This document shows positions 20,710-34,656 of a DNA stretch of 64,000 bases, piece by piece. Position 1 is the stretch's first letter; every line of letters starts with the position of its first letter. The stretch is from Phaeosaccion multiseriatum (taxonomy: Eukaryota > Protista > Ochrophyta, other classes): positions 372,001 to 436,000 of the forward strand of contig OZ218950.1 in NCBI GenBank assembly GCA_965112735.1, written 5' to 3'. Below the pieces are notes generated by a model. It was not told the origin of the DNA, ran no database searches, and saw nothing but the letters and a program-made list of their open reading frames with translations. The position numbers and the translations under genes are program-made.

Positions 20710-23671
20710 TTAAAAAGCTTCAGCGAGGATCCTTTGAGGACCCTCCTCTTCCCCTCTCCCACCACGCGACGCAAGGAACTCCGCCGCCTGCCTATACACA
20801 TCCACATGCGCCCCCACCACCTCGTCGTAGTCACTGCTCCCCAACCCCATGTCCCTCGGGTAGCCGCCCCCCATGGTCAGCACTAGCCGAGACCCGGCCC
20901 CCCACACCGCCTCATACACCATCTCATTCCTCCTTCTTAAGCCCTCCCTGCTCAGCTTGCATCGCCCGAGCCGATCGGCGTGGAGAGGATCCACACCGGC
21001 CTGGAAGAAGACGAGATCGGGTCTGCTGCTGCCTGTCCTGCCTACGCTGCCTTTGCTGCTGCTGCTACTACTGCCTTTGCCGCCACCATCACTGTCCTGC
21101 TGACTGCCCTGCGCTTTGTTCGGCGGACTGCCCTGGTCCCTGCCCTGCTCACTGCCGCCCTGCTCGTCCATCATCATCCTCATGGCCTTGGGTAGCGCCT
21201 CCTCGAGGAGGCCCAAGTAGGCTTCGTCCGTCACGTCCGCAGGCACTTCCACGTCCAGGTCGCTGCTCCGCACCTGCGAGACAACGGATAGACAGAGGCG
21301 TATAGGCAGGGTGAAGGAGGGATGTGGTGCGCATGGACAGGGGGCACCCCAGTCAAGCATATGGGTACGTGCATGGGCACAAAAAGACAAAAAAGAAAAA
21401 AGAACAGACAAAAGAGCGTGACAGTGGTGAGTGAGAGACAGAAAAAGGAAGAAGGGCAAAGCTGCAGGGCAAGAAAAAAAAACAGACAGCACCGACGATT
21501 CCCACGTGGTCCCCCACCGTAGTACTAAATCGGCTCGACATCGCTTGACTTCCGAGATCGGACGGGTTCGGGTATTCTCGATGTGATATGGCCGTCCGTG
21601 AGAAGGCGGTACATCAGGCAGCCTCTATACGGGAGATGTTGTCAAATGATTGGCCAACTGCTGTGCCGCTTCGCCACCCTCTCCTCCCGTCTCTCTTCGT
21701 ACCTTTGAAAAGTAGTTAGCCTCGCAGTGCATGCTGAAGGTGAACACCCGAGGGTCTTGCTCGAACAGCACGGCGTTGCCATTGCCTGAGTTGATTTGAT
21801 CCATGTAAAGGCATTGGTCGGTCGGTCGGTTGGTCGGTCGGTGCAAGTGCGCAACATGCGCAACAAGTGTACGCAGCAAAAGGTTAATAGGTCGCGACAC
21901 CCAACCCAAAGAGGGGCAGCGCTTGCATCGACTGCGGCATGTTCACTTGTGTGGCATGTGGTGATTGATGCAGCACGGTCACTGCTTGATCATAGGGTCG
22001 GTGCCATCACGCCAAGTGTCACCACCCACCCACCCACCCACCCATTGACTTACTACCCACCTTGGTGCGTGTCGAGGTCGATAATGAGGACCTTTCCGAC
22101 CGTGTCGGGGTAGTCCCTCAGCGCCACGAGGGCGGCCACCGCGATGTCGCTGAAAACACAAAAGCCCTCCCCCCTGTCGAAGAAGGCGTGATGTGTACCG
22201 CCAGCCAAGTGCCCTGCGAACGGCGTCAGCAGCTCTTGTTGCTGCTGCTGCTGTATCACCAACTGGTCGGGCTGCTGTGGTCTTTCCCCGAGAGGAGGGC
22301 TGCTGCACACTCTGTGCGTGGCCGCCACCGTACCGCCCACAGAGCTCAGCGCCCGGTCTACGCCCGCTTGGCTCCATGGGAAGCCGATCTGGAGAGGTTG
22401 GCGACGGCGGAGAGGAAGGTGAAGTACAAGGGGGCAAGGCAGCTCTAGGCGGTCAGGCTCAGATGATGCAGCCCCTCCCATGCTTCCGATCTCTTGCTCC
22501 ACACCTGCTGTGACCTTGTCGGCCACCGTGCTACCATAGAATACGCCCACACTCTCTCTTTCTGTCTATGTGTGTGTGATATCTCTCTCTTTCTCTCTTC
22601 CCCTCTCTGCTCTGGTCCTCTCTCCCTCCCCCTGTCTGCTCTATTCTTCTCATTCTCTTCCTCCCTCTCTCCACTATTGTCCTTCTCTCTCTCTAACTCT
22701 TTCTGTCCATCTCGCTGGGTCTGCCTGCCTGTCTCTCCCTCCCTCTCCCCCTCTCGCCTCTGTCTCTCCCCCCCTCTCTCCCGTGTCCTCTCCTCTCTCA
22801 TTTCCTTCTGTCTGCCTTCGTCTCCCTCTCTCTTGTCGTCTCGCTTTCTCTCTCTGTGTGTGTGTCTACCTGTGTCTCCCTTCCTCTTCCCCCCCTCTCT
22901 CACCCGTCTGTTCTCCATCTTGGTCATCTCCCCCGACACGAAGCGCTTTATATACTCTCCGCAGTGAGCGAGGCACAAGTCTTCCACCGAGCATAGAGGA
23001 GAACGGTGGAGACTCGCCATCGGAGGTTTTCTTAAAGAGGTTGACAGCGCTGAGCCAGCCTCGCCCCCCGCCCCCCCCTCCTCCTCCTCCTCCTCCTCCT
23101 CCTCCTCCTCCTCCTCCTTGTCCTCCTCCGGGCGAATGCTCATCTCTTTCTGAAGGCCCTCCCGAACGAGTCTATACTTGTCCATTGGAAATCTGTGGTT
23201 CTCGGGCAAGGGGAACTCATACACGTCGTTGTAAAACAAGGGCACCGGGTGGTAGTGGTGTCCCTCGACGAGGGAGGATGCGTCGTTGTTGCTGTGCTCG
23301 AGGCTGCTACTACTGCTACTGTTCCGGCTGTTCCTGCTGCTGCCTTTGCTATCCCGGCAAGTGGTAGTTGTGCTTATCTTGCCCGTTGCAGCTTCCCACC
23401 AAGGCGCACCCCACAGTCCTTGTTCTAACACCCCCTTGGTGCTGCTGCTGGAGCTGCTGCTCCTGCTGCGGCGGCGAACTGCACCCACGAGAAACGCCAA
23501 GGCAAGTCCCGGAGAAGAGGAGCTGGTCGCTGCGGGGAAATGCCCCCGTACAACATGATCGGAGATGCTGCGCCGCATGAGGGCTACAGCATCCAATTTT
23601 GTTGCAATTTTGGAGGGAGTGCGAGTGGTCATCGATAAGTTAATAAAAATTGGGCTCCCATTTTTGTGCAT
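20710..23671 (-). CDS. Histone deacetylase-family (Zn-dependent, class IV/AcuC-like) protein, spliced
   Basis: Motifs HRFPMDKY, LAGGTHHAF, GEGFCVFSDIAVA, IIDLDTHQG-NG, FTFSMH, QAGVDPLHADRLG and TMGGGY across ~5 exons. Start codon uncertain. Confidence 0.9.
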
Positions 23672-23847
23672 ATTTTTTTCGAGATTGCCCCAGCTAGGTG
23701 GGGGAGTGTGGGGAGAAGGGCATTTGTGCCTGACATCAGCTCAGTCTTAGTAGACCCTCTTCACTTGCCCTTGCCTTGGAGCAAGACCACGTCTGCTCAA
23801 AGCGGTCGCCAAACAGAGGAGAACAGGAAGAGGGAAAAACGTGGTGA

Positions 23848-24671
23848 ATGACTTGTCGACAAGAGAGACCGCGATGCGCCCTTGGCAGGAGGTGTGTGGA
23901 CGCGGACCTGAACGGGCAGGGAAGGAGGAAGGTTCTGTCCAAGACTTCCGCATGCCGCTGCCCCCAGACGCACGAAGGTAAGACTTCCAGACTTTCAACC
24001 CTTCGGTAGAGGATGTGGGCTAGTATCATTTGAAGAAGCCACCACACCACAAGACAGAGACGAAATAAATATGGAGACAGGCCCAACCATTCCGAAAGGA
24101 CGCGTGAGGTTCGTTGAAGTTATCGAGCTAGTGTTTCCTCTTGGGTAGCTAGGAAGAGGAAGAGACGGAGAAAGAGGAAGATTTTCAAACACATGTACCC
24201 ATCTCTTGCCCTTTCCCATCCACTCCCTTCCATGAAGGTGACGAGATGATCTTCTGTTCGATAAGCTGTCTGACTCTGCACGAAAAGGACGTCAAGCAGT
24301 GGAAGGCCAAGGGAAAATGGCCGTCCGCGGAGGATCTCAAGCCTACGCCTGCGAAACGGGGACGAGCGAAGGCGGCCGGGTCAGGAGGCACGCCGAAGAA
24401 GCTGCGCTCCACCCCCACCAAAGGAGGCACCCCGAAGGGTACGAAAGCCCCTCCACCCACACCTGCCTCTGCTGGGAAGGCAAGGGGGTCAAGGGCGGGG
24501 AATACTCCAAGGGGGAAAGAGATAAAGCTGAAGACCACCCAAGCCAAGGCATCGCCGAGTGCAAGCAAGGCCCCTGCCAAGGACGTAGCTGAGGAGGGAG
24601 GAGGGGGCATCACGGGCTTTTTCGCATCCATGTGGAGTGCCGTGTGGCCTAAAGCTGAGCAAGAGAGCTGA
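23848..24671 (+). CDS. Hypothetical small basic protein (Cys-rich N-terminus, Lys/Pro-rich tail)
   Basis: ATG 23848 open to a GTAAG donor at 23978. Micro-exon GPTIPKGRVR at ~24081. Terminal ORF 24246-24671. Exon linkage not fully resolved. Confidence 0.4.
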
Positions 24672-25752
24672 AACTTGTGAAGCGAAATGGGCACAACCGA
24701 GGGGGGGTGGTGGTGGGCTGAAGGGGAGAAGGGGGCATGCAGGGGCAGGCACTTAACTCTACTGAGTCCTTCACTGCTTTTGCTGCTGCTTTTCAGCGGC
24801 AACGGCTTTTCCGAACCAGTTGCGGCCGGTGCGCTAGGTGGCGAGAGCTATGGGCTACAGTATGTATTTTTGTTTTTTTCGGCGCCTCTCCACTGCCATC
24901 TGAGGAGGCAGGGCTACAGAGCGGTGCGGTACTTGAGCGACTGGAAAGGAGCCATGGAAGATGGATACAATGCGATGCAAATGCTCTTTCAGCCAGGCTG
25001 CGATGTATCTGCCTACATGCTTGTGCCGGACAACAAGGCGAGAGGGAGAGAGAGGCGGAGGGACGGAGGGAGGAGGCGGCGACACCGTGGCGATGCCCAT
25101 ATTACGCCTGGCTGCAGCGAGGAGAGACGGAGAGAATCCACCAACTACTGTACTACTACCGCGAGGGCGCCCCATCTCAAAGGCAGCGCTAGAATGGCAG
25201 TAGGAAGGAAGGGAAGTGGGGAAGGGAAGACAACGCTTGGTATGCCAATTAAAAGATTTATTTATCTGTGAAAAGAATACGGGACTGAAGGGGTGTATTG
25301 ATTGATAAGGTAAAAATTCATACAATATGGGGTAATGCCTCCCATTTAGGAAAGCAGTTAGACGCCTCGCCTCCCTCCCACAAGCAAGGAAGTGGCAAGT
25401 ACGTAAGTACCAGGGCTCACAATCGGTTAGTCACTGCTTGGCCGCTTCTTCGCCCCTCGAATGGGCCGAGTCAAGTGAGTCAAGAGAGTCAAGCCACAGC
25501 CCATGAACGAGACACACCGGGCGGACACCATCACCCATATCCACCAGCCCTGCACCGTCCATCGGAAACACAACACCGCACGCACGCGCCCACCTCGGCC
25601 CCATCTGCGCTGCGAAAAGGACTCCTCGGTCCTCTTCTTCTCTTCTTTTCTTCTTCCTCTCTTGCTCATCTGTCATTACTAATTTAAACATCTTCACATT
25701 CCATCTCGCTCTTGTTCCTTCCTTCCTTCCTTCCCTCCTTCCTTCCTTCCAG

Positions 25753-26106
25753 TCAACGCTCCCCATCCCCTTTCGAGATGAAGTTGAGCAAGTCTATCCG
25801 TGTCACCACCCCTGCTATCACCGTGTTGATGGTGCTGGCCCCATTGCTGTAGCAGCGCTGCTCCGTCACCACTAGGGCGTAGTGGTCCTTGTCGAAGGAG
25901 CGGGCAAGGTCGGCCAGGGGTGTCGCCAGAGACACTTTGCGGAACTGCCGGTACATCACCTGAGGGGGGAAGGGCGCACCCGCACACACGCACATACACC
26001 GCACACGCGCACACGCACGGAGAGAGAGACCCACACAGACAGACAGACCGACAGGCACACGAACAGAGAGAGGCATGAACAGACAGACAGACAGACGGAT
26101 AGACAT

Positions 26107-26151
<45 letters not shown>

Positions 26152-26206
26152 TAGACAGGCAGACAGACAGACAGGCAGACAGACAGGTAGGTAGACAGAC
26201 ATACAT

Positions 26207-26281
<75 letters not shown>

Positions 26282-26301
26282 GGTAGGTAGACAGACAGAG
26301 G

Positions 26302-26363
<62 letters not shown>

Positions 26364-26666
26364 TAGACAGACAGACAGACAGATAGACGGATAGGTAGAC
26401 AGAGAGGTACACGCACACGCACACAGAGAGAAGGGGGCGGATAAGAAGTGAGGCATTGACACTCTCGAGCGCCGCGCCGGGGAGGGAGGGCACCAATGCA
26501 CCGCAACGCAGGGGTCGGTGAGGGTGAGAGTCCGAGGGCGGGCACCGGCTCTCTCGCCTCGAACCGCTTGTTCTGTAGCTATGCTTCTGGATGAAGGTGG
26601 AGAGCTCCTTGATGTATGTACAGGACCTCTCACTTTGCTACCCAACTAGGTATGGGTCTCTCTCTG

Positions 26667-26734
<68 letters not shown>

Positions 26735-28847
26735 AATCTCTCTCTTGCAAGCCCGTTCCCACACACACACACTAATACCCGGTCCTGACACCACCCACCT
26801 TTGTGACGTCTTCCGTGGGCTGCACGCGATTGGCTACGAGCTGAGACGCCAAATTGCCCTCCGTCACCACACCCAGGACCTTGTTGTCCGCACTCACAAC
26901 CTGGGGGGGGGGGGGGGGGGGGGAGGTATACCCACGCGCATTCCACACGGAAGAGTAATGTAAGGGACAGGTGAGACGGTCAGCTGTCCACACTTCCCAC
27001 CTGCGATACACACACACGCACGCACACACGCACCCGCACGTATGTACCCACACTCTTTCACGCACATTCATGCGGAAGCACAGCGCAAAGGTACACAAGC
27101 ACGCACACACACACCAACACACACACACACACGCGCACTCACCGGCACCATGTCGTATCCCTGCGCCATGAGTATGTCAATGGCCTCTGCACAGGACACC
27201 GACGGGGTGATGGTCAGGGGTGTCTGAAGCTCCAGCTCGGACACCTTCACACAGGGAAGGGGAGGGAGGGAGGGAGGGAGGGAAGGAAGGAAGGAAGGAA
27301 AAGAAAAGAGAGAGGTAGTCAGAAGGTGCAGCAGCGGCATGGCAATACGCGTCCACTACCATCCTCCCTCCCTCCCTCCCTCCCTCACCTTCCTTCTGGA
27401 CCACCAGCTGCTGGGTCCCGTGTCCGCTGTTCCCCTGCCCACAAATGAGTTATCGTACATCCACTCGTCGCTGAGGAACTTCGTCATGTAATTCCTCACT
27501 GAGTCCGGCAGGATCACCACGCAGCGCTGCCCGGCCTAGAGGTGGGAGGTGGGAGGTAGGTGGGAGGGAGGGAGGGAGGGAGGGAGGGAGGGAGGGAGGG
27601 AGGGAGGGAGGGAGGGAGGGAGGGAGGGAGGGAGGGAGGAAGGGAGAGGAGGGGGGGAGGGATGAAAGTGAGGGAAGAAGGGGAGGGGAGGGGAGGGAGG
27701 CAAACCAGCCAGGCCGACAGGCAGGCAGAGGGAGGGACGCGGCCCGACAAATTCACCATCTACCTTCAGAGACTTGGCGGCTTGCACAGCGGCGTGCATG
27801 GCACTCCCACTGCTGCCTCCACACAGCAATCCCTGTGGGGAGGATGGATGGCAGTGGATGGATGGTAGCGGACGAGGGAGGGCGTTGCGTGAATGGCTCC
27901 GAGGCAAAGGGCAGGAAGGGCAGGCATTCGTTCCTTTTCTCTTCCAAAGGAGAAGTACGTGGGAGTGCCTACTGGAGCGTGTTTGTGTCCGTGCGTATTT
28001 GTATACAAATGGCGACTGGGGTAGCAATACACTGCATGTATGTATGTATGTATGCATGCATGCATGTACGTATGTACGAATGTTGCATGTATGTACGTAT
28101 GTATGCATTGCTTCCTTCCCACCCTCACCTCGCTGCGAATGAGGCGACGAGACATCATGAAAGACTCTTTGTCCTTGGACTTGACCCTGCATGGAGGGAT
28201 GGCAGTGGATAGATGAGTGGATGGGAGCGTATGAGAGATGGATGGATGGCAGTGGAGGGACAGGTGGATGGCAGTGGATAGATGCTTAGGTTGACTTGAC
28301 TCCTCTGAGCCGATGAAATCACCTCACTCACCACGTGTCCACGATGCTCCTGTCGAGAACTTGCGGGACAAAGTCATACCCGATACCTTCCACTGTGTAG
28401 GGTTCGAGCCGGCCCTCGTCATTCATGCGGTCGGGGAGCGCGAGAATGCTTCCCACTGGATCCACACCCACCACCTACAGAAGGGGGGGATGGCAGTGGG
28501 TGGCAGTGGATTATAGTCAGTGTATGGGGGGAGAGGGGTGGGACACACACACACACACACACGATAACTAACTAAAACTGAACTAGCCTGCGAGTGAGTC
28601 AGTGACTGAGTAACGCCGTCCACCCACCCACTGACCAACTTGCACTGACCTTGACATTAGGACATCGCTCCTTGAGCTTCCTGGCGATGCCCGAGATCGT
28701 CCCTCCCGTGCCCACGCCCATCACCACCATGTCCACCTTCCCCTCGCACTGCTCAAGTATCTCCTCCGCCGTTCCATCGTAGTGCGCCAGCGGGTTGGAG
28801 GGGTTGGCGTACTGTTTAGGTCGTGTGTGTGTGTGTGTGCGTGTGTG

Positions 28848-28898
<51 letters not shown>

Positions 28899-31027
28899 GT
28901 GTGTTGTTTTGAGGTTGGTTGGGGATGGGGTTGGGGTTGGGGCGGGTTGTTGTTGCTGTTGTTTCCTCTACTCCCATGTATCGAGTCCCTCTACTCTGTG
29001 TATGGAGTCCCTCTACTCCATGTATCGAGTCCGTCTGCTCCATGTGTCGAGTCCCTCTACTCGATCTGTCGACCATCCACCTACCCATCCAACCCCTACA
29101 CGAACATGCGTACGTTACTGACTGAGCTGTGTACCTCACCGAGCTTGCTCAAGGTCTAATGCACTGAACTGAACTGAACAGTGCCCACATTCCTGTACCT
29201 GATCGAGGATGTGGGAGTTTGGTATCTCCAAGTGAAGACGCTTGGCCATTCCGATGTGTGACTCCGGAGAGTCCCAAGCCGCTTCCGTCGGCGTCCTGAT
29301 GATTTCCGCCCCGAGAGCCTTGAGCACGTCCACCTTCTCGCGGGACATCTTCTCTGGGAGGGTGATTATGCATCTGTGGAGGAGCGGGTGAGAGTGAGTG
29401 GGTGAGTTGAAAGAGCGAGAGCACGAGGAAAGGGGTATAGCGGAGGAACGTCGGTGAGTGAGTGAGTGAGTGAGGTAAGAGAGCGAGAGCAAGAGGAAGC
29501 GGGTGTAGCGGAGAAAGGCTGCGTCGGGGAGGGGGTCCGTCTGCTTTGCTCTGGCCACTTGCGACACGCGTAGACGCGCAGCAACACCGATTGCACACCT
29601 GATTCCCCCTCGCTCCCCTCTGCCTCTCTCCCTGTCTCTTTCTCTCTCTGTGTGTGTTTGTCTCACTCTCTGTGTCTCTCTGTCTCACTGACCAACTTAA
29701 CCCGCAACGTGGTTTTGTTGGTGATACGGTGCGCTCACCTGTACCCCTTGATGGCGGCGGCCAAAGCCAACCCAATGCCAGTGTTGCCTAAGGGGAGTAA
29801 GTCAACAAAGACACAGCACGGGAGTGAGGGGGGTGCTCGGCACACCAGTCAATCCCTCCGAAAGAGACAGAGAGAGAGGGATAGGAGAGGAGTGAAGAGG
29901 AGTGGACACAGACACACACAGAGAGGAGTGGAGACAAGACCAATACAGAGGAGAGGAGAGGAGACAGAGAGAGTGGAGAGGAGAGGAGACACAGACAGAC
30001 AGAGAAAACACAGACAGAGAGAGAAAACAGAGACAGACTTCCGCACCTGAGGTGGGCTCGATGAGAGTGTCTCCGGCCTTGATGCGGCCCGACCTCTCTG
30101 CGTCCTCCACCATTCGCAGGCCGATGCGGTCCTTCACGCTGCCCCCGGCATTGAAGAACTCGCACTTGGCCAGCAGCTGGGAGGGTGGAGGGAGGGGAGG
30201 GAGGGAGGGAGGGAGGGAGAGAGGAAGAGACCGTGAAAGGGAGAATGAGGGAAATACTGAGGACGAGAGAAATATGGAAGAAAGGAGGGAGAGAGGGGAA
30301 GAAAGAGACAGACACACAGAGATCGCAGAAAGGCGTAGCAGAGGGGCGCGCCATGGCTTGTTGCCACAACTTGTTTCCTCTCTTGCAGCGACAAAGGGGG
30401 AGGGACAGTGGGAGAGAAAAGCCCCTTACCTCGCACTTAAGGCCTTCCTCCTCCACAATCTTGTTAATCCTGACCATCGGCGTGTTCCCGATGTGACCTA
30501 ACGCGTTGTCCAAGATGAGCTTGCGTGGATCGTTTCTTGGTGCCGCCGGGTGGGGGCTCTGGGGTATGGTACACACAAGAAAGGAGCCGCAGGGAAGACA
30601 TGTGGAACATAGAAGAAATGAGCAGCAGGGAAGAAACATGGAAGAGTCACACTTCGGCGGAGAGGGCGATGGCGCATTCGTGCTATGCAGTGGTAGCTGA
30701 GATCCAATGGAAAGCACCGGGCGGAAACGTGGCTGGCTGACAGAGTGAATCGCAGTGGGATTCCCCGCGGAAAGCCTAAAGCCTCTTGGGCTTAATAATC
30801 TTAACCCCAACGGGGAGCAGGGCAAGCCGAGCAAAGGGGGGGGGGGGGGCACGCACCTCTTGGGTTGTACCCAGAGCCCATTTGCACTTCCTCTCCTCCT
30901 CCACCTTCGCCTTTTTCGGTGTACTACCGCCGCTGCTGCTGCCTCTTCTATGCTCCCTCCCCTTGTTCCCGCTCCCCTCTCCGTTGCTCTCGTCGCGGCC
31001 CGCAGCCGCCCGCTTTGTGCTACTCAT
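25753..31027 (-). CDS. CBS: Cystathionine beta-synthase with C-terminal CBS (Bateman) domains, ~12 exons
   Basis: [25 protein letters not shown] (PLP lysine), [71 protein letters not shown]. Confidence 0.95.
26036..26402. repeat. Long imperfect (CAGA)n intronic microsatellite
   Basis: ~365 bp of CAGA repeats in the last CBS intron. Confidence 0.95.
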
Positions 31028-31259
31028 CTCGTCCGTGAAAGCCCTCCCTTCCAAAGCGAAGGTATTGACGAAAAACTTCCCTCTCTTCCAAAGCGAAGGT
31101 ACTTTTTTTCTTTCTCTTTTTTCTTATGTTGTGCTATTGCTCGATACAGTTGTACCAACATCAATTGCTTACGCCTGGGCCATTGACATACGACAGTCTC
31201 CAGTTCCAATTTCATGAGCACAGTGTTACTTTCGATGAAAGGGAAGAGAGGGGAAAGAG
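31028..31259. promoter_or_regulatory. Probable bidirectional promoter between CBS and the bromodomain gene
   Basis: Divergent start codons only 232 bp apart, with an AT-richer spacer. Confidence 0.5.
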
Positions 31260-34200
31260 ATGGCTTCGAGTAAATCCAATGATCGAATCGTCTCTGAAGG
31301 CCTGCGGGCGATGGACAAGGTGAGGAGGGAGAAGAAGGCCGGGGAGAGAGAAGGGTGTTAGGGTGAAAAACCTCTCCAAGAATGGGAGGAATGAATTCAT
31401 TCATTCAAAGGAATGAAAGAAGCCTCTCTCTACAATGGCGGCGCATGCATCCCGCCCCCCTCTCCTTTAGATTACCCCTCCTCCACTAAACTTGCGCTGT
31501 TCATTCATTGCTCCTCTCCACTATTACAAAATCCTACTTCAGTAGTGTGTTGTTTTCGACGTTGGCACCCATCTGCTGCCGAGGCCTTCCGCTTTATAGT
31601 ACCTCAGACCTCAGAAGTTACTACATGTGCTCACACCAAAATGCTCTCCCCCCTTTCGTCTCCTTCCCCCTCCCTTGTGGCAGATCCTCAGCAGCCTCAT
31701 GACAAAGGCCGAGAGTGCGCCTTTCAGAGAGCCCGTCAAGTGGAGGGACATGGGGCTGAACGACTACCCACACGTGGTCAAGCGGCCGATGGACCTCGGT
31801 ACTATCAAAGTGAGTGAGTGAATGAGTGAGTGAATGAGGGAGTGAGTGAGTGAGGGAGTGAGTGAGGGAGTGAGTGAGCGAGTGACTTGTCCTGTCCTGC
31901 CCATGAAGGAGGGAGGGAGGGATGGAAGACGCTTGTATCCTGCACTGGAAGCTGAGCCGTGATACTGCAACTGTACCGTGTGCGCCAAGTAGCTTGGGTT
32001 TGGTTCGACATTGCCCTGCGGCCTTTTCGCTTTTCCCTCGCCGTCGTTCTTCACAGTCGGCTTCCTTGCCCGTCACTGCTGATGCTGCTGTTGCTGTTTC
32101 TCATATTCTTTTGTACTACTACTACTACTACTACTGCTACTACTGCTGCTGCTGCTACTACTACTACTGCTGCTGCTACTTCTACTACTGCTGCTACTTC
32201 TACTACTACGACTACTGCTCAAGCTCATGCTGGAGAAGGGAGACTACTACCGCATGCCCCTGGAGGTGTACGAGGATGTGCGCCTCGTGTGGGCCAACTG
32301 CAGGTACAGGGGCATTGTTTAGGGCAGGGGTTGCGTCAGTCATGTACCCACCCAACCCCTTGCGTAGCTACCTACCCACCCATATGCCCCCGCTTGTGTG
32401 TATTTGAGTATGCTTGGCCGGCTACTGTATCACCAACTGCTGCCGCTGCTGCTGGCCCTGCCCACCGTAGTACCAACAACTGCTGCTGCTGCTGCTGCTG
32501 CTACTGCCGCCTCTTTTTGTGCTCTTCTTCCTTCTTCGCCTCTACTTTTGTGTCTTCTGCACCCTCGAGAGGGCTCAGTACTCGCTCACTACTCAACTCA
32601 CTACCCCTTACGCCTAATACTGCATTGCATGACTCAGGGCCTACAATCCCGAGGGGAGTGAGCTGGCCACCATGGCGGCTTCGTGCAGCAAGAGGTTCGA
32701 GGAGAAGTACTGCAAGGTGAGAGGCATATGGGCAAGGGCACATTACCAGGCATACGGGCAGCCAGCCAGACGTACGGCCAGGCAGGCGTATGGGCAGGCA
32801 GGCAGCCAGGCATGTATGGGCAGGAGCGGGGCCGCACAGGGAAGGGCAACGTCCTCCCACCACCTCCCTCACTTCCTTCTTTCCTTCCTTCCTTCCTTCC
32901 TTCCCTCCTTCCCTTCTCTCTTTGCTGTGCTGTATCACCACCTCGCGAAGGTGGCAGCCACGCTGCGAGACTCCCCGTCTCTGAACCGCATCAAAGAGGA
33001 GCGCCCCGTCACCGCGGAGGAGCGGCGCTGGTTCGCACACCACATCTACAGGCAAGCAAAGCGAGTACAGCAGTTGGTTGTTTGTGTTGCACCAGCTGTG
33101 AGCTGTGAGCTGTGAGCGTTCCGTTTGGTTTGGCGGTGTGTGTATGGGTGTTGCGTGTCGAAATGTCTACGACTCCCATCCCTGTAGACCTGAGTACCTC
33201 AATATATCCTACTTTTTTCCTTTTTGTGCTGCCAACATTATGACATGCGCAATGAACGAATGAAAGAATGAATCCACCGCGTACATCCGTCATGGATGGA
33301 TGGATGGATGGATGGATTTGTGCAATCAAATCAGCGTGGAGAAGGGAAGTAGAGGGAAGGGAATCGGGGACATGTCTGCTGCCATCGCCTCTCTCTCACC
33401 TGCCATCTTCCCTTGCTGCTGGACTGCCTGCCTAACTGACTGACTGACTGACTGACTGACTGGACAGGGTTCGAATGGAGGAGCGCACTTCCGTGATCCA
33501 TCGGATTGACCACCGCTGCCCTGACGCATTGGCCAAGGTGGACGACGACATTGAGATTGATATAGGTGAGGGAGGGAGGGAGGGAGGGAGGGAGGGAGTT
33601 ACCAGAGAGAGAGAGAGTCGAGACATTGAGTGGAAACAGGGCCAGGGCATGGTTGGATCCTACTGAGTCTTCAGACGCCCTGCTCCTTTGGAATATGCAC
33701 AGTGGCTTCGATATCGAATCCATTCATGGTGAAACTGAGGGAGGGAGGGAGGGAGGGAGGGAGGGAGGGAGGGAGGGAGATGGATAGATACGAGTCAGTG
33801 AGGAAGGGGGGCCAGGATTGAGAAAGGCGTTAGGGTTAGTGAGGGAGGGAGGGAGGGAGGGAGGGAGGGAGGGAGGGAGGGAGGGAAGGAGGGGGCCTGC
33901 CCCGCCCGCCCTTCAATGTGTTGGCGTGTCTGTGTACGTCAATGATGATTGATTTATCCCAAGTGCTGGGGGTTCGACTGTGGCCGACTCGACTGTGCCA
34001 CCATGAAAACACACAATCCAAGCAAAGCGTATCTATCTGAGACAGCAGACAGCAGACAGCAGACACTTGTGGGAGACGAGAAGGAAGATAGCATACATAG
34101 ACTCAAAAGAGACAAGATATAGATGGAGACAAAGTCCACTACCTCTTCCTGTCTCTATTGTCTGTCCTCTCTCCTGCCTCCCCTGCCTCCACCACCACTT

Positions 34201-34656
34201 ACCATCTCTCCTGTCACTGCTATCACTGCTGTCACTCCCTCCAACAACGACGCCGACAACACAACAGATAAGTTGGACCCTCGCACCTTCCGGGAAGTGT
34301 GTCAAATCATTAGAGAGGCCCTCCCCCGCCCCCCGCCGGAGGGGAGGAGGAAACGGGGTGTCAGGACAGAGGAGGGAGGGGGGGCAGGAAGGAAGGCAGC
34401 AGAGGGTGGCAGCGCCAAAAAGGCGAGAAAGTCCAACGGAGGAGCGAGCAGTGGTAGCAACGGGGGCGGCGGGGGCAAGTCGAGTGGAGGTGGAGGCGGT
34501 GCCAGCAGCAGTAAGTCCAGTGGTGGAGGAGGTGCCAGCAGCAGTAAGTCCAGTGGTGGAGGAGGTGCCAGCAGTAGTAAGTCCAGTGGTGGAGGAGGTG
34601 GCAGCAGCAGTAGCAAGGGAGGGGGGGGCGCGTCGAGCAGCGCGGGAAGGAAATAG
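31260..34656 (+). CDS. Bromodomain + ET (NET) domain protein, GTE/BET-like, spliced
   Basis: MASSK..EGLRAMDK|ILSSL..PFREPVKW...DYPHVVKRPMDLGTIK|..DVRLVWANCR|AYNPEGS; ET domain VTAEERR..IEIDI|DKLDPRTF; Gly/Ser-rich tail. Confidence 0.9.

Noticed and set aside
25694-26645. Long ORFs of CLSV/VCVC/PPSL/poly-E/poly-R type here and elsewhere (16376-17039, 51643-52260, 57814-58393)
   Set aside because: Translations of intronic or intergenic microsatellites.
33828-33841. TTAGGG-like hexamers (also ~56302) as telomere or interstitial telomere
   Set aside because: Only one or two units, compatible with chance.
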